DNA of 64,000 nucleotides from positions 8,333,738 through 8,397,737 of the forward strand of contig CAJINV010000003.1 of assembly GCA_905178155.1 (NCBI GenBank). Direction: 5' to 3'. Shown one piece after another: positions 24,130-36,305 of this stretch (position 1 is the stretch's first letter; the number at the start of each line of letters is the position of its first letter). Both the position numbers and the translations under genes were made by a program. The stretch is from Amoebophrya sp. A120. Lineage: Eukaryota > Protista > Dinoflagellata. Under the pieces are notes generated by a model that saw only the letters and a list, made by a program, of their open reading frames with translations, was not told where the DNA came from and searched no databases.

Positions 24130-27100
24130 GTGCACTGCAAGTTGGCTTGCCTACGCGAAGGCAAATACAGCAGCAGAGCTTTATTCCTTCTGAGTAGGTT
24201 GGGGAGAAGGATTTTTTCTCCCGATGCCGAGGCTATTTTCGCAAAATACGCCGCGAGGGACGTGCGGGCGGCTATGTTGACGCTGCGGCTAGCACACTTT
24301 CTTACCCCGGACGAGGCTGCTGAAGGGCCGCAGCAGGCGCGCGGGTCGGTAACCTCCCGCCGACCTCCTGCACAGGACTCCGGAGTGGGACCTCGAGGCA
24401 GTGGCGTAAACCTTTCTCTTGCCGATCATGATAATCTTCATGGCGTACTACAGCACCCATGGCACCATCAGCAAGACGAAGACAGCTTGCCAGCAGAGGA
24501 CGCCGGCGACACAATCTTTGCCCAGGAGGAAACATTCGTCACAGAAGCGCAGCAAATGGCAACGACGCTAGATGCAGTGGCTTCTACCGAAGTCGAGCTT
24601 GATCCCCGGACGAGGGGGATCGACCTGCCATCCTCTTTTGCTCGATCCACCTATGGTCCTTCGTGGGAGGGTTCCGATAGCAGCTCCGCAGAGCTGCTAC
24701 AGGATGTTGCTGGAGGAGGGGCACCAGCTGCAGCGGCAACAGCATCGGTCTACTCTGCAGCAGACCGTAGGTCAACACAAAAGGAAAACAGAGTTCCGAT
24801 CTTTACGATTGGTGTTGACGACAGGGAGGACCACGCGGAGGACGAAAGCTTTGATGACCAGGCGGGAGCGCAAGCCGTCGCGGATGCGTTTGTTGCTGAT
24901 GTTGCTTCCAACTTTCCCCACGCGATCCGCCATAGTATGGTCGAGGAGACTACAGCTACACCAGATGAAGAAGTGCGAGCGAGCATCGTGAGCAATCTGA
25001 TGAGTCACGAAACCGTGCCTGCATCGTCGTACCTTCCTCCAGGAGCAGTGAAAAATAGTAGTTCCACTCTTTTTACTGGTCGTGATGGGCTTGTTGGCCT
25101 TGACCATGCGCTTCCTTTTACGCGGAGCGTCAGTGCGGAAACTTCGAACCCAGGCGGGGAGCCCGGTGCCATCACAAAAAAAGGAAACTTGCAGCAGGTG
25201 CATCGGGTGTTTTCGGCGCTTCTACTGGCCTTGGAAGCCCCCAGTTCAACGGAGATCCCCAGCATTCTGACCGTGCAACTGGCCGCCAGGGTACGGCTCG
25301 CGCTTCTAGAACACACCGACGCGGTCCGCTTCGAGGCCGAGGGACCGCGGTCCGCCAGTAATATGAAAGCGAAGTGGGCCAGAGAGACGGAGATCAATCA
25401 GCAGTCGTTGGCAAATTTTCGCGATGCCAATAATTGCACGGCGAGTGGTGCTGGCGCTACTTGTTGGGCGGAGAGCGCCCGTTGTGATGCCTGCGATGGA
25501 TCCGCAGATAGTCTCGCTCGAGGGGTAAGGCCCTCAGAAAAGGACGCATGGTTACGAAGTCACACGACCAGGCGCATGTATGGCGGAAACAGCGTCGTGG
25601 CGTCTGCAGCTGAAGAATTCCAAGAATGGTCCTCTGCTGCGGACCGTATCGAGGCAGACTTGTGCGGAAGAAGTTCGGAATCCCTGTCGCCAGCCGGAGC
25701 CAGATGTAGTCGGGCGGCTGGTGCCCCCGCTGCGGCACCAGCAGCAACCACGCAGTCCTCCGCATTGCGTCTTGATCACCGTCGACGAGGGAGCACAGAT
25801 GAAGAAAGCGTAATGCACGAGTCTGCTCCGCGTCCGCTTGGGAGCACCAAAGACAAAGAAGGACGCAAAGACGGTGGGGCCGCGGAAATGCCGAGCGGGC
25901 GAGTGGTATGGCAGTGTCAGGTGGGAATAAGTCGTCAAATTTTTACAAGAATCGTGAAAAATAAAAAATGTGGTGTGCAATCATGATGCCTGTCGGCTCC
26001 ATAATTTCTATACCGGCACATGACCAATTTTGATTGTTGACACTCGGAGCGAGTCTGCCGCCATGGTTCTTCTGTGTGGAGCAATAAAAGGGGCTTCTCC
26101 ACCATCTAGGATGGTCTTTCGAGACCCCATCCTGGCCCGTAGTCGGGGTTGCAATCGGCCTCCTTGCTTTGCCTGCTGTGCTTTCCAATATTACAAACAT
26201 TTTGTGAGCATTTCCTCGCGATCTTCTTGTGGCATGACCAATGAATCGCAGAAAGATGCTGTGCGGGTTGCGTTTGTTGTGGCGGTCGGTTTAGCATGGC
26301 GGCTTCTATGTGTTGTTCGATGATTTTCCGCCTGGCGCTTTCATAAACCGCGAGCAAGAATGCCTGGGTGTCGGAGAAGGCGGCCTCTCAGAGCCCGGAT
26401 AGTTACCAGGATCGTCAGACTTTCTTTCTCGAAGCCAGGGCCAAGTACGAAAAGCTCATTGCGAGGTATAAGGAGCTTCTGCACGGAATTGAGTCGTCCC
26501 CACAGGCTGCCAGGCCGCTTTTCAATTACGATCCGGAAGACGACCGACCCGGTCGCAGCCTCATCCATCAAGTTGGAAACTTTGTAAAGGGCGCAGCTGC
26601 GGCCGCGGATGGACAGGGCGCATTCTTTCTCGGCCGCACCGAAAGCCGATCGTCCGCATGTCGGGGCTTCGCTAGTACGCCCACTACAACATAGATAAAA
26701 TCATGCTCCTTTCACTTTCTAAGATGCCTGTAGAACTTGCTGTGTGAGCGTTCCTTCGGTGGGCAAGTGTCGTTGGACAGATTCTGTTCACTTTGATTGG
26801 TTTTTGGAAAAAGATCATGTCATCGTCATCTGTATCACCCACAACTTGAAGAAATCTATGGCTATGCAAACAGGGGGATCTCCTCCAGCAGGTGCAGGAG
26901 CCAGTGCGGCGGGTGGATTCTCTCTGAGTTGCAGCGGTGCAAGCGGAAACCGAAGTGGTGTGTCATCGACAAATTGGTCACGACAAATTACGCCCGATGA
27001 TCGATTGCCGCTGGCACGAAATGCCGACGGTTTGCCCAGCTGGTTCGGTTTTTCGGCTGGCAAATTGCGCCTCGCGCTAGAGCACGCCGAGTTTGAGCTT

Positions 27101-30044
27101 GAGCGGCTGATTATCAGCCGCGTGGCCGACACTATGGAATATTCGCAAATGCTTTTCGAAAAGGCCGCTGACCTGCTAGCGCAACTTCCACGGGTGCCAC
27201 AATTGGAGAAGGTTCTGATTGGTGCTGCCCTGATACATGATTTTTACTGCTTTGAAGTCTTCTTCATACATGAACACGCTCTATACAACAACGCTTGTTA
27301 GCCGGTGATGTGAATTACAATCACCTACTTAGTTACATACATGTGTAAATGTAATAAAAATAATGTCGTGGATGCCGATGCGAAATGTAATAATGACGTG
27401 TGTCTGTCCTACGTCCGTGTCCTGACACACACCAGACGTTGACATACTGTGTCAGTCACAGTCCTCCTTGACCAACAAGAAAGGAAAAAATGAACCTCAC
27501 CAGATGCCCTCGCAAGAGATGCATTTGATCATCGAGGAGGAGCCTGTCCCGCTATGTGGCGGCACCAGCGCGCTGACATCGCGGGGGAGCAGAGAGTTGC
27601 AGATCCGGGATCCGGAGGACGGTGCAGTGCTTCATCGGATGCCCTTCTCGACCTCCGAGTCGAGCGCGAAGACGCACGCACGGTTCGCGCTCTCTTTCAA
27701 CGTGGACCAGATGCGAGAATCTTATGAAGAGCAGCAAGGGCGGGGGGGGCACGAGGACACTGGATCTAGTCCGTCGTTTCTGCCTCCGACAAGAAATAGT
27801 ACTGTGCATGAAGTAGGTGCTGTAGTCGTGTCGGGGGTGTCGACAGGAAATCTTGCGGGCGGTGTACCAAATGACGCGGAGGCAGCCGGAGCAAGACCAG
27901 CGACGGGTAGTACGTTGTCGATACTAGGTGGAGCGAGGAATCTTGACTCGCAGGGGGCGGGAAGTACTAAGTACCCGTCATCAAGTCGTAATATGGCAGC
28001 CGCCGGTGTGATGGCATTTATTGAAGGAGAAGACGAGCAGCTTGAAGGTAACCACACGCTAAGAACAGCCACAGCAGCAGCACCAACGCGTAGGGCAGTA
28101 GGTAGCGACAACCGGCGCAACTCGAATGCGACTAGTGATAACTCTGCTTATTACACGGACATCGACATTGACCTGGACGACAACGATCGCACAGCGGGTC
28201 AGCACTCGGTGTCTGTTGCGGACCACGCAGAACTAGATCGCCGGTCGGGGGCGCTGCCATCACACCAGACAGCCGCGTTACGACATCACCGGGAGGAAAT
28301 GCGTGAGCTAACTGTGTACGAGGCGGCAAATGCGCTGGCACAGAGCCTGTATGCGGAAACGTACAGGACTCTTAGCGATATTCGGTTTGACGAAGTGGAG
28401 CAAATAGCGGTGGCTCGAGCCAAGCGCGCCAAGCAGAACCGGAACCGGGCCGCAAAGCTGCGCACCCCGACGTCAAGCTGCCGCACGCCGCAGTCCTGCG
28501 CTGGCAGGACCCCCGGCGCGAGAAGCGGCCGCTCCTCCGGGGCGCAGACGCCGCGCGGTTCTTTCTCCTCGCGTTCAGAGATGTACCAGAGTCAGGCTTT
28601 CGCACAGAGCCGTGGCGCGGTGGATGGTGGAAGTGTTGTACAACAGCACCTGGGCGGCGGCGCACCTAGTACATCGACCCTGCTTGTTTCACCCCCGTGG
28701 GACGGGGAATCTTCGTCACGGTCTCCAATCCTAGTCGCTGCGGAGCATGACGAAGCATCTGCCGGGAGTTCCGGGAACGTGATGAAAGCGGATAGTGTTG
28801 AGCTGCAGGAGGAGCAGGTGACTACAAAACCGTGCTATAATAATCTGGCGGAGGAGGTTCTTGCCGACGAGGAAGAGTCCGTGGAGCTATCCCTAGTCGG
28901 ATTGAACAGTCCGGGCGGCACCTCGACCTCGGGTTTTTCATCCGCGAAGCAGAGCCCCGCGTTGGAATCAACTGACGAGCAGCTCCCTCATCTACCACAA
29001 CCCGCTCGCCGCGCGGCGTTACTAGGGGACCGCAGAGGGACCGGTCTATCAAGCTCGAGCGCCATTAATATGCCCGAGCTAGTTTTGCCGGCACCACTCT
29101 TGTCGAGCTCCCCGCCGCCCACTATAGATCGCAGAATCAGAAGTGCAGCCGCAGAGAAGGAGAGTCAGGAGGAGCGAGGCATCAACATCATCTCCACCAA
29201 GCCCAAGGCGGGAAGTTTGCGTGGCCCTTCTTCATCTACTTCCAAAGACCACTTTTTTGGCGGGGTGCTGCTGAATTTCGACGAAATCAAAATGCAGATG
29301 ACCTTTCGGGTCGTCGTACAATTCGAGGCCTGCGTGGGTGCGGGAAAAGCGGCTTTCGCCGCCAGCATGTACGCAGAAAGTGTGGAGTGGTGGACCCGCG
29401 CGGAAACGATCGTGTCGCAGACGTACCGTATGAGCATGAGGGGCGCGACGCGCGGCCCGGTGCTCTACCCCCCTTATTCCCTGCAGGCAGTGTCCGAGAA
29501 ACTGCACGACGCCACCTCCTTGCGGCGCGTGCTTGTCGAGCAGGACCGTTTGAATCGCTTGGAGGCGGAGCGCGCAGAGCGACACAAACAGGAAGGATCC
29601 TCCCCCGCCTTGCTGCAAGCAGAGACATCACCTTCAGAGAGCGAGGACGTAGATGCCGGTAACTGCACGCCCGAAGGCAGTGGCAAAGGTCTCCTTCTAG
29701 AGGGTCGTCCACCCCGGGAGCAGGACCATATGAATACCGACGATGGAAGCTACTCCTACCAGCGCCAGCTATCGACGACTCGCCAGACAGGCTCTCTTCT
29801 TCCCGTTTCAGATGCAAATACAAATAGTGCTGCAACTTCATCGTCTCCTGGCGCCCGTGGAGGGGGAGGACCGCAACGGCTCAGCCATGAAGTGGATGAT
29901 CAAGTACAAGACGACTCCACCGTTCACTTCCCCCAGCAGCTGTTGCACAATGTTCGGCAAGCGGAACAGTTTTACCTTGATGTGGATGACGATTATGATA
30001 ATGCGCGGAGGGCCCCCCTACGCCTCCATTTTTCCAAAGGGTGA
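24130..30044 (+). CDS. Large multi-exon hypothetical low-complexity protein (ORFs 24130, 26368, ~26864-27211, 27504-30044), possibly with TPR-like helices
   Basis: Consecutive long + strand ORFs of similar composition; plausible GT-AG intron 27212-27503; helical segments such as GKAAFAASMYAESVEWWTRAE; linkage of all exons is not proven. Confidence 0.5.
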
Positions 30045-30523
30045 TTAAGTATCAGTATGTAACTAAGTAAGTACGTAGCACCAGAAGCCACGATGGGAGG
30101 TATCATGTACCTGCATGATCTCTTGTACAACTTGTTGCGCGTCAACTTCAACAAGACATCTGCGGCCGCGGTGCACGATGACATATGGCACTGCTTCCGG
30201 GCGGCAGGTTGTTACTTACAACATGACTCACTGGCTCATGGTGCTATTGAATAAAAACAGCAGCATCTGCATGATCTGGTGGAAGGGTGCTTGCACTTTT
30301 GCATCGAGGATGGGGGAGCTGATGTGCACTTTGATAACGATGACCTTTCTTCGATGGCCTCGTCACCGGGTTGCCTATCCTGCGCAAAAGTATCGTACTC
30401 CTCGTATAATGATGTTCAACAGATATTTTTGAAATCTACAGGGTCGCTAAGGTTGTGTGTCACGACCATGCAGATCCAGACAGATGCATGTTCATTCTTC
30501 ATCGTGGTTGACTTTTCGTCCGT

Positions 30524-31561
30524 GTGTGGGTGGTACACTTTTGCATTGTACACCGTGTGACTCCCAGCGACTTCGGGGCCTGGTCCCGACAGATTTCACC
30601 GGGCCTGCAACCAGAGCTGCAGCTGTCTGCTGGTCATTTATTTCTCGGTGCTTCCCCGAGTGCGGGCCGCGGAACAGCACGGGTAGGAGGTAGCGGACGA
30701 TCCTTCCCTGAAGAAACTGGTACCCATTTTTTGCCATCCCCCCCTTCAGTAGAGGTGTCTTCATCTGCATCTCCCGCAGATATTGATGCTCGGAGTACTA
30801 CATCACCGCAAGAGGCCCCCGTCTCCTCAGCAGAAGTACAGCACCGAGCGCCCCCGCGGACTGCCTTGTCGTGGTTCGGAGCACTGCTCGGCCGCGGACG
30901 GCAGGAACCACTGCCTGCGAGTTCCCCATCTTTAGAAGGAAGAGCAGCCGCGGATCGAGTGGAAAATAGTACGCAGCAGTCTGTTGATGTACAACCGGCC
31001 ACGAATCCAGCAACGGGGACTTCTGCATCGAACAACGCTGGTGTTTGTCGAAGCGGTCTACTTTTTGGGCGTGGCACGCTGGGTCGGGGGCCTCGTGGTG
31101 CAACTACATCCACGGCCGAAGGGACGACGAGCGCGGCCACCGCCACCAACTTGCGGAGAACTACAAAAAAGGAGCGGTTTTTGCGGCGCGAAGCGGAGCG
31201 GCGGTCCCAGAGCAAGTATTTGGTGCGGCAGCTGCTCGAGCAGATTGGCAAGCGCGTGGTCGAAGCCAAAGATATGCAGTATTTGCGAGCCGGCCTCAAC
31301 TTGTTCGAGCATGCGATGGCCGCCAAGCCCTTCTCGAACTTCCAAGAGGACGAAGACTACCCGAAGCTGCTGCCCCTCATACGCGAGCGACTGCGGGCAA
31401 ACGGCGGTAATGTGGACGAGTGCATGGTCTGGCTGGGCGAGGTTGACAGCCTAATCGAGGACACAAAAGCGCCCTTTGACGTTGTACTGTCGGTCCTCGA
31501 ACGCTTTGGGGGGAACTTCGAGCAAGCAGAGCAGTGGCTAAATAACGCACCGGAATTTTGA
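30524..31561 (+). CDS. Hypothetical protein with two C-terminal UBA/CUE-like repeats (5' exons uncertain)
   Basis: Repeats LRANGGNVDECMVWL and LERFGGNFEQAEQWL match the UBA-like L...GG(N/D)...A..WL helix pattern. Confidence 0.6.
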   Translation: MWVVHFCIVHRVTPSDFGAWSRQISPGLQPELQLSAGHLFLGASPSAGRGTARVGGSGRSFPEETGTHFLPSPPSVEVSSSASPADIDARSTTSPQEAPVSSAEVQHRAPPRTALSWFGALLGRGRQEPLPASSPSLEGRAAADRVENSTQQSVDVQPATNPATGTSASNNAGVCRSGLLFGRGTLGRGPRGATTSTAEGTTSAATATNLRRTTKKERFLRREAERRSQSKYLVRQLLEQIGKRVVEAKDMQYLRAGLNLFEHAMAAKPFSNFQEDEDYPKLLPLIRERLRANGGNVDECMVWLGEVDSLIEDTKAPFDVVLSVLERFGGNFEQAEQWLNNAPEF

Positions 31562-31743
31562 CCTCGGCTTCTATGTGCGTGGTAGATGAAGACTCGAAGC
31601 CGAATCAATAGTACGAATCATTATTGTAGATAGACGAGATCGCGAGTGCCATTCTCATCGTAGAATCGTAGACATTGACATAGTGATGCTTGACGGTCGG
31701 GGTCCTTTTAGCACCAGCACTTCGGAGTAAGTAATTAGCTATC

Positions 31744-32050
31744 TGTTAGGCAAGATATGAAATCCACCAGGATCATAAGCCAAGCAAATTCCCTACGACC
31801 TAAGTTGAATGCTCATTGAAATCAGGCTCTAAGTTTGTCGTTCAAATTTGGATCCAATGTGAAATCAGCATGTTCATACAAATGAACAAGAATGAACTTC
31901 ATTTTTGTTCATTTGTATGAACATGCTGATTTCACATTGGATCCAAATTTGAACGACAAACTTAGAGCCTGATTTCAATGAACATTCAATTTAGGTCGTA
32001 GGGAATTTGCTTGGCTTATGATCCTGGTGGATTTCATATCTTGCCTAACA
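31744..32050. mobile_element. 307-bp foldback (palindromic) MITE-like element
   Basis: 153-bp arms around a 1-nt centre at 31897, 3 mismatches by eye; TGT...ACA ends; 5-bp TSD CTATC at 31739-31743 and 32051-32055. Confidence 0.93.
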
Positions 32051-32504
32051 CTATCCTTATTGTACTAGAGAAGATGTTGGTTGCAAAAAGAACTCCCATG
32101 AATCTTGATCGTGGGAAGCCTTTAATTTTTTCTGCGGGCTGGAAAACTGCTGCGAGGTTCATTGATTCACAAAGGAAATTGGGCGTGGGCTTCACTCACG
32201 ACGGTTTCAGCCTGATACAATTTTCTAGAGACTACAGACAAAGTACATCAAAACTACATCGAATTTTTTCAGATATCATGCAATAGGTATTAAGAAGTCA
32301 ACATCAAGAATATCCATATCGGAGAAAGTGTTTCACCGTAACGACTAGCCTTATCCCGCTTCCCGTGTCCAGTAGCCTGCAGACTTAATAGTATTCCGCT
32401 AGATGAATAATAGCCCTCAGCGTTTCTCTGTGGAAAATCGTCGTCGGTGCTTCAGCACAGGCAGGCCCATCTGCCTGCTATTTTCAAAGCGCCAGAACGG
32501 CATG

Positions 32505-33690
32505 GCCACGATCCGGCACCGGCGCGGCTGGCAGGTTGGCCCTTGCCGCCATCTTGCATGCTGGTACTGGCGGGGCCGCGATCTGGCGGCGGGGGGCGGG
32601 CATGATCGGGCACCGGCTTGGCCAGGGTCTGGCACCGGCTTAGCCAGGGCCTGACACCGGCGTGGCCAGGGTCCGGCACCGGCTTGTTGGCTGGCCTGGC
32701 CATGATCTGGCACCGGAAGGCCGGCAGGCTTGGCCGTGTATGATCTGGCACCGGCTCGGCTACAACCTGGCACCGGCTTGGCCATGATCTGGCGCCGGCT
32801 TGTCCACGACCTGGCACTGGCTTGGCCACGACCCGGGGCCGGCTTCGCTTGGGCGTGATCTGGCGCCGGCTTGGCCATGATCTGCCTGGCACCGCCTTGG
32901 CCGCGACCCGGCACCGGCTTGCCTGGCAACGACCTGGCACCGGCGTGGCCATGATTTGGCACCGGCTTGGCCATGATCTGGCACCGGCTCGCTTGGTCGC
33001 GACCTGTCTGGCACCGGTTCGGCGATGATATGGCGCCGGCTTGGTAACGACCCACCTGGCACCGGCATGGCCATGATCTGGCAACGGCCTTGCCGCTACC
33101 TGGCACCGGCTTGGGCGTGATCTGCCTGGCAACGGGTTGGCCATGATCCGGCACCGGCGGGCCTGGCCACCAGAATCACTCGGAACCGGCCTGGCCATGA
33201 TCTGGCACCGGCGGGCAGGGTGGCAGACGGTGGCAGGCGAGGGCATGATCTGGCACCGGTTTGGCCACGGCCTGGCGCCGGCAGGCTTGTTTGGCCTGGC
33301 GGTTCGGACCGCGTCCCGGCGCCAGCGACCCGGGCCATGATCTGGCACGCACCGGCAGGCTTGGACACGGACGACCTGGCGTCGGCTTGGCCACGCCATG
33401 ATCTGGGTGGCACAGGCTCGCCCATGATCTGGCACCGGCTTTGTCATGATCTGCCGGGCACCGGCCGGGGGGGGGGGCTTTGCCCCGATCTGGCACCGGC
33501 CGGCTAGGCTTGGCCGTGTATGATCTGGCATCCATCGGCAGGCTTGGTTTGGCCATGATCTGCCACCGACCGGCCTGGCCACGACCGGGCACCGGCAGGC
33601 TTCGTCAGGAAGGATCTGGCACCGGCTTGGCCGCGGCCTGGCATTGGCTTGGCCAAGATCTGGCACCGGCTCGGCAATTATGATGTGGCG
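32505..33690. repeat. GC-rich degenerate minisatellite, ~22-bp core GGCACCGGCTTGGCCATGATCT
   Basis: Dozens of variant copies seen directly. Confidence 0.9.
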
Positions 33691-33890
33691 TTGGCTGGCA
33701 GGCTTGGCTGGCAGGCTTGGCTGGCAGGCTTGGCTGGCAGGCTTGGCTGGCAGGCTTGGCTGGCAGGCTTGGCTGGCAGGCTTGGCTGGCAGGCTTGGCT
33801 GGCAGGCTTGGCTGGCAGGCTTGGCTGGCAGGCTTGGCTGGCAGGCTTGGCTGGCAGGCTTGGCTGGCAGGCAGGCTTGGCTGGCAGGCC
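33691..33890. repeat. Near-perfect 13-bp tandem array (TTGGCTGGCAGGC), ~15 copies
   Basis: Seen directly; produces the QPSLPAKPASQAC pseudo-ORFs. Confidence 0.95.
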
Positions 33891-35020
33891 ATGGCCCGGC
33901 ACCGGCGGGCTTGGCCATGACCTGGCACCGGCAGGCTTCGCCACGACCTGGAACCGGCCCGACCCTGATCTGGCACCGGCGCGGCCACGACCTGGCTCCG
34001 CTGCGGCTTCGCTGCGGCGTTGTTACTTCGAGGCCGCGCTGCTTCGAGGTTTTATTTGTTGCGGCTTCGAGCGGCCTGCGCTGCGGCTTCGAGGCTTCGC
34101 TGCGTCTTCGGGGCTTCGCTGCGGCTTCTAGGCTTCGCTGCGGCTTCGAGCCGTCGCTGAGGCTTCGGGGCTTTGCTGCGGCTTCGGGGCGTCGCTGCGG
34201 CTTCGAGGCTTCGCCGCGGCTTCGAGACTTCGCTGCGGCTTCGAGGCTTCTATCTTCGCTTCTATCCTCGATTCGGGGCTTCTTTGCTTTAGGGCGCCTC
34301 TCTTCGCTTCGGGGCATCTCTCTTCGCTTCGCGGCTTCTTTGCTTCGGGGCTTTTATCTTCGCTTCGGGTCTTGGCCATGGTTCGGCTTGGCCATGCTGA
34401 ATGGCCCGGCACCGGGTCGCCTCGGCCATGGTCCGGCACCGGCTCGGCTTGGCCATGCATGCTCCGGCACCGGCTCGGCTTGGCCATGCATCGTCCGGCA
34501 CCCACCGGCTCGGCTTGGCCATGCATCGTCCGGCACCCACCGGCTCGGCTTGGCCATGCATGGTCCGGCACCGGCTCGGCTTGGCCATGCATAGTCCGGC
34601 ACCGGCTCGGCTCGGCCATGGTCCGGCACCGGCTTGGCCTTGCCAGGGTCCGGCACGCACCGGCCCGGCCTTGCCATCCATGGTCCGGCATGCACCGTCT
34701 CGGTCTGCTCATGGCCCGGCACCGGCTCGCCTTGCTTGGCCATGGTCCGGCAGGCACGCACCGGCTCGGCTTGGCCATGGTCCGGCACCGGCCGGCGCGG
34801 CTTCGTCGAGGCTTTACTGCTTCGGGGCCCCGCGGCTTCGGGGCTTCGCGCGTTGTTTCGTACGTTGTTGCGCCGTGGCTTCGTGCGTTCGTTGCTGCTT
34901 CGAGGCTTCGTATGTTGCTGCCTCGAGGTTTCGTACGTTGCTGCCTCGAGGCGTCGCGCGCTGCTGCTTCGGGGCCTCGCACGCTGCTGCCTCGAGGTTT
35001 CTCACGCTGCTGCCTCGAGG
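33891..35020. repeat. Alternating satellite blocks: GCGGCTTCGAGG-type, ~31-bp GGCACCGGCTCGGCTTGGCCATGCATGGTCC-type and GCTGCTGCCTCGAGG-type
   Basis: Seen directly. Confidence 0.85.
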
Positions 35021-35120
35021 NNNNNNNNNNNNNNNNNNNNNNNNNNNNNNNNNNNNNNNNNNNNNNNNNNNNNNNNNNNNNNNNNNNNNNNNNNNNNNNN
35101 NNNNNNNNNNNNNNNNNNNN
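35021..35120. other. Assembly gap (100 N, true size unknown)
   Basis: Run of N. Confidence 1.
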
Positions 35121-35280
35121 CATTCTTTGTTTTCGTTTTTCGTTTTCATTCTTTGTTTTTATTCTTTGTTTTCGTTTTTCGTTTTCATTCTTTGTTTTCG
35201 TTTTTCGTTTTCATTGTTCGTTGTCGTTTTTTGTTTTCGTTTTTCGTTTCCATTGTTCGTTTTCGTTTTTTGTTTTTATT
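35121..35280. repeat. T-rich TTTTCG-based simple repeat (~26-bp higher-order unit CATTCTTTGTTTTCGTTTTTCGTTTT)
   Basis: Seen directly. Confidence 0.9.
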
Positions 35281-36305
35281 GCGGAATACTATTAAATAAT
35301 GGGTTTTCTGACTTTTCGCTAGTCATGGTAGAGATTTTGCGAGGGTTGCGCCGCTGCCACAAGCTTTATTTCTGCATGACAAACAAAGAGATGAAAAGAA
35401 AAAAGACCTAAAAGTTATTTTTGCTTCCCACTGTTGATTCGAGCGCTAGGACGAGCTCCTGTTCGTGTAGTACTTTGAGTTTATTACAACTTCTTGTTCT
35501 CATACTTGGAGTTTCACCTCAACAAAGGGAAGAGCATGAGCTTCCCACATACTGATTAACTGCAACTTTGACTATAAATGAATCACCAGAAGGTTAAGTT
35601 TTCGTTTTGGCGTTACTGTTGGTTGCACGGAAAAATTGTGTTTACTCGACGAAGACGAACTCCACATAAATTGTGATGTCTGAGTCTGATAAGCTGCTCT
35701 TATACTTTACAAAAAAGAAGAACCCCTTTCCCTTGCCTCTGGCTCTGACGGAGAGAGCCGGCGCTGCGATGCATGGGCGTAGCCGTAAGTTTCTTAGTAA
35801 TTAGAAATTGACTATGATATTAGTGCCACCTCGGTCGTGGCATTAATGTGAAGCAGGGATGAATAGGTGAAAAGTTTGCATGATCAATCCCATGATGACG
35901 AGAACTTCATTTGTTTGATCGCAATTCGAATTGTACTTGTAGATCATGCTACTTCTTTTTTGAGATCGAATCGTGGTTGTTGGTGAAGCAGCAGATGCTA
36001 AGCAGATGCTAAAGAGGAGGTAATTGCAGCGAAAATGATTAGTCGAGAAGTTTGTTGTGTTTGGATTGATGGAGATGAGATGAGGGTGAGTGGCACCAGA
36101 GTCGATTAATCGTCTGTCATTCTTGATGTGTGATCGTTGGTAGGTGAGTGTAGTGAGTGTCAGAGTGTATACCTAATTTAAGTACTTAAAAGGGCAAGGC
36201 GAATGTATGAGGTCGTGATGTGCAGAGTTCTTCTGATTCTTCTGAACAATCTCAGATGGTGATTGGATTTGCAGCTGAGGCGGCCTGCAAAGAAGTTACG
36301 CAACT

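Larger units (their letters stand above)
32385..35295. mobile_element. Putative TIR element filled with satellite arrays (spans the assembly gap)
   Basis: 15-bp perfect inverted repeat TTAATAGTATTCCGC (32385-32399) / GCGGAATACTATTAA (35281-35295) bracketing the whole repeat block. Confidence 0.65.

Noticed and set aside
32505-34800. CRISPR-like appearance (recurring core with variable linkers)
   Set aside because: Repeats are degenerate, linkers are short and repeat-derived, there are no cas genes, and the context is eukaryotic.
32403-35411. Long ORFs on both strands, e.g. 621 aa at 32452-34317
   Set aside because: By-products of GC-rich tandem repeats that stay open in several frames; no domain.
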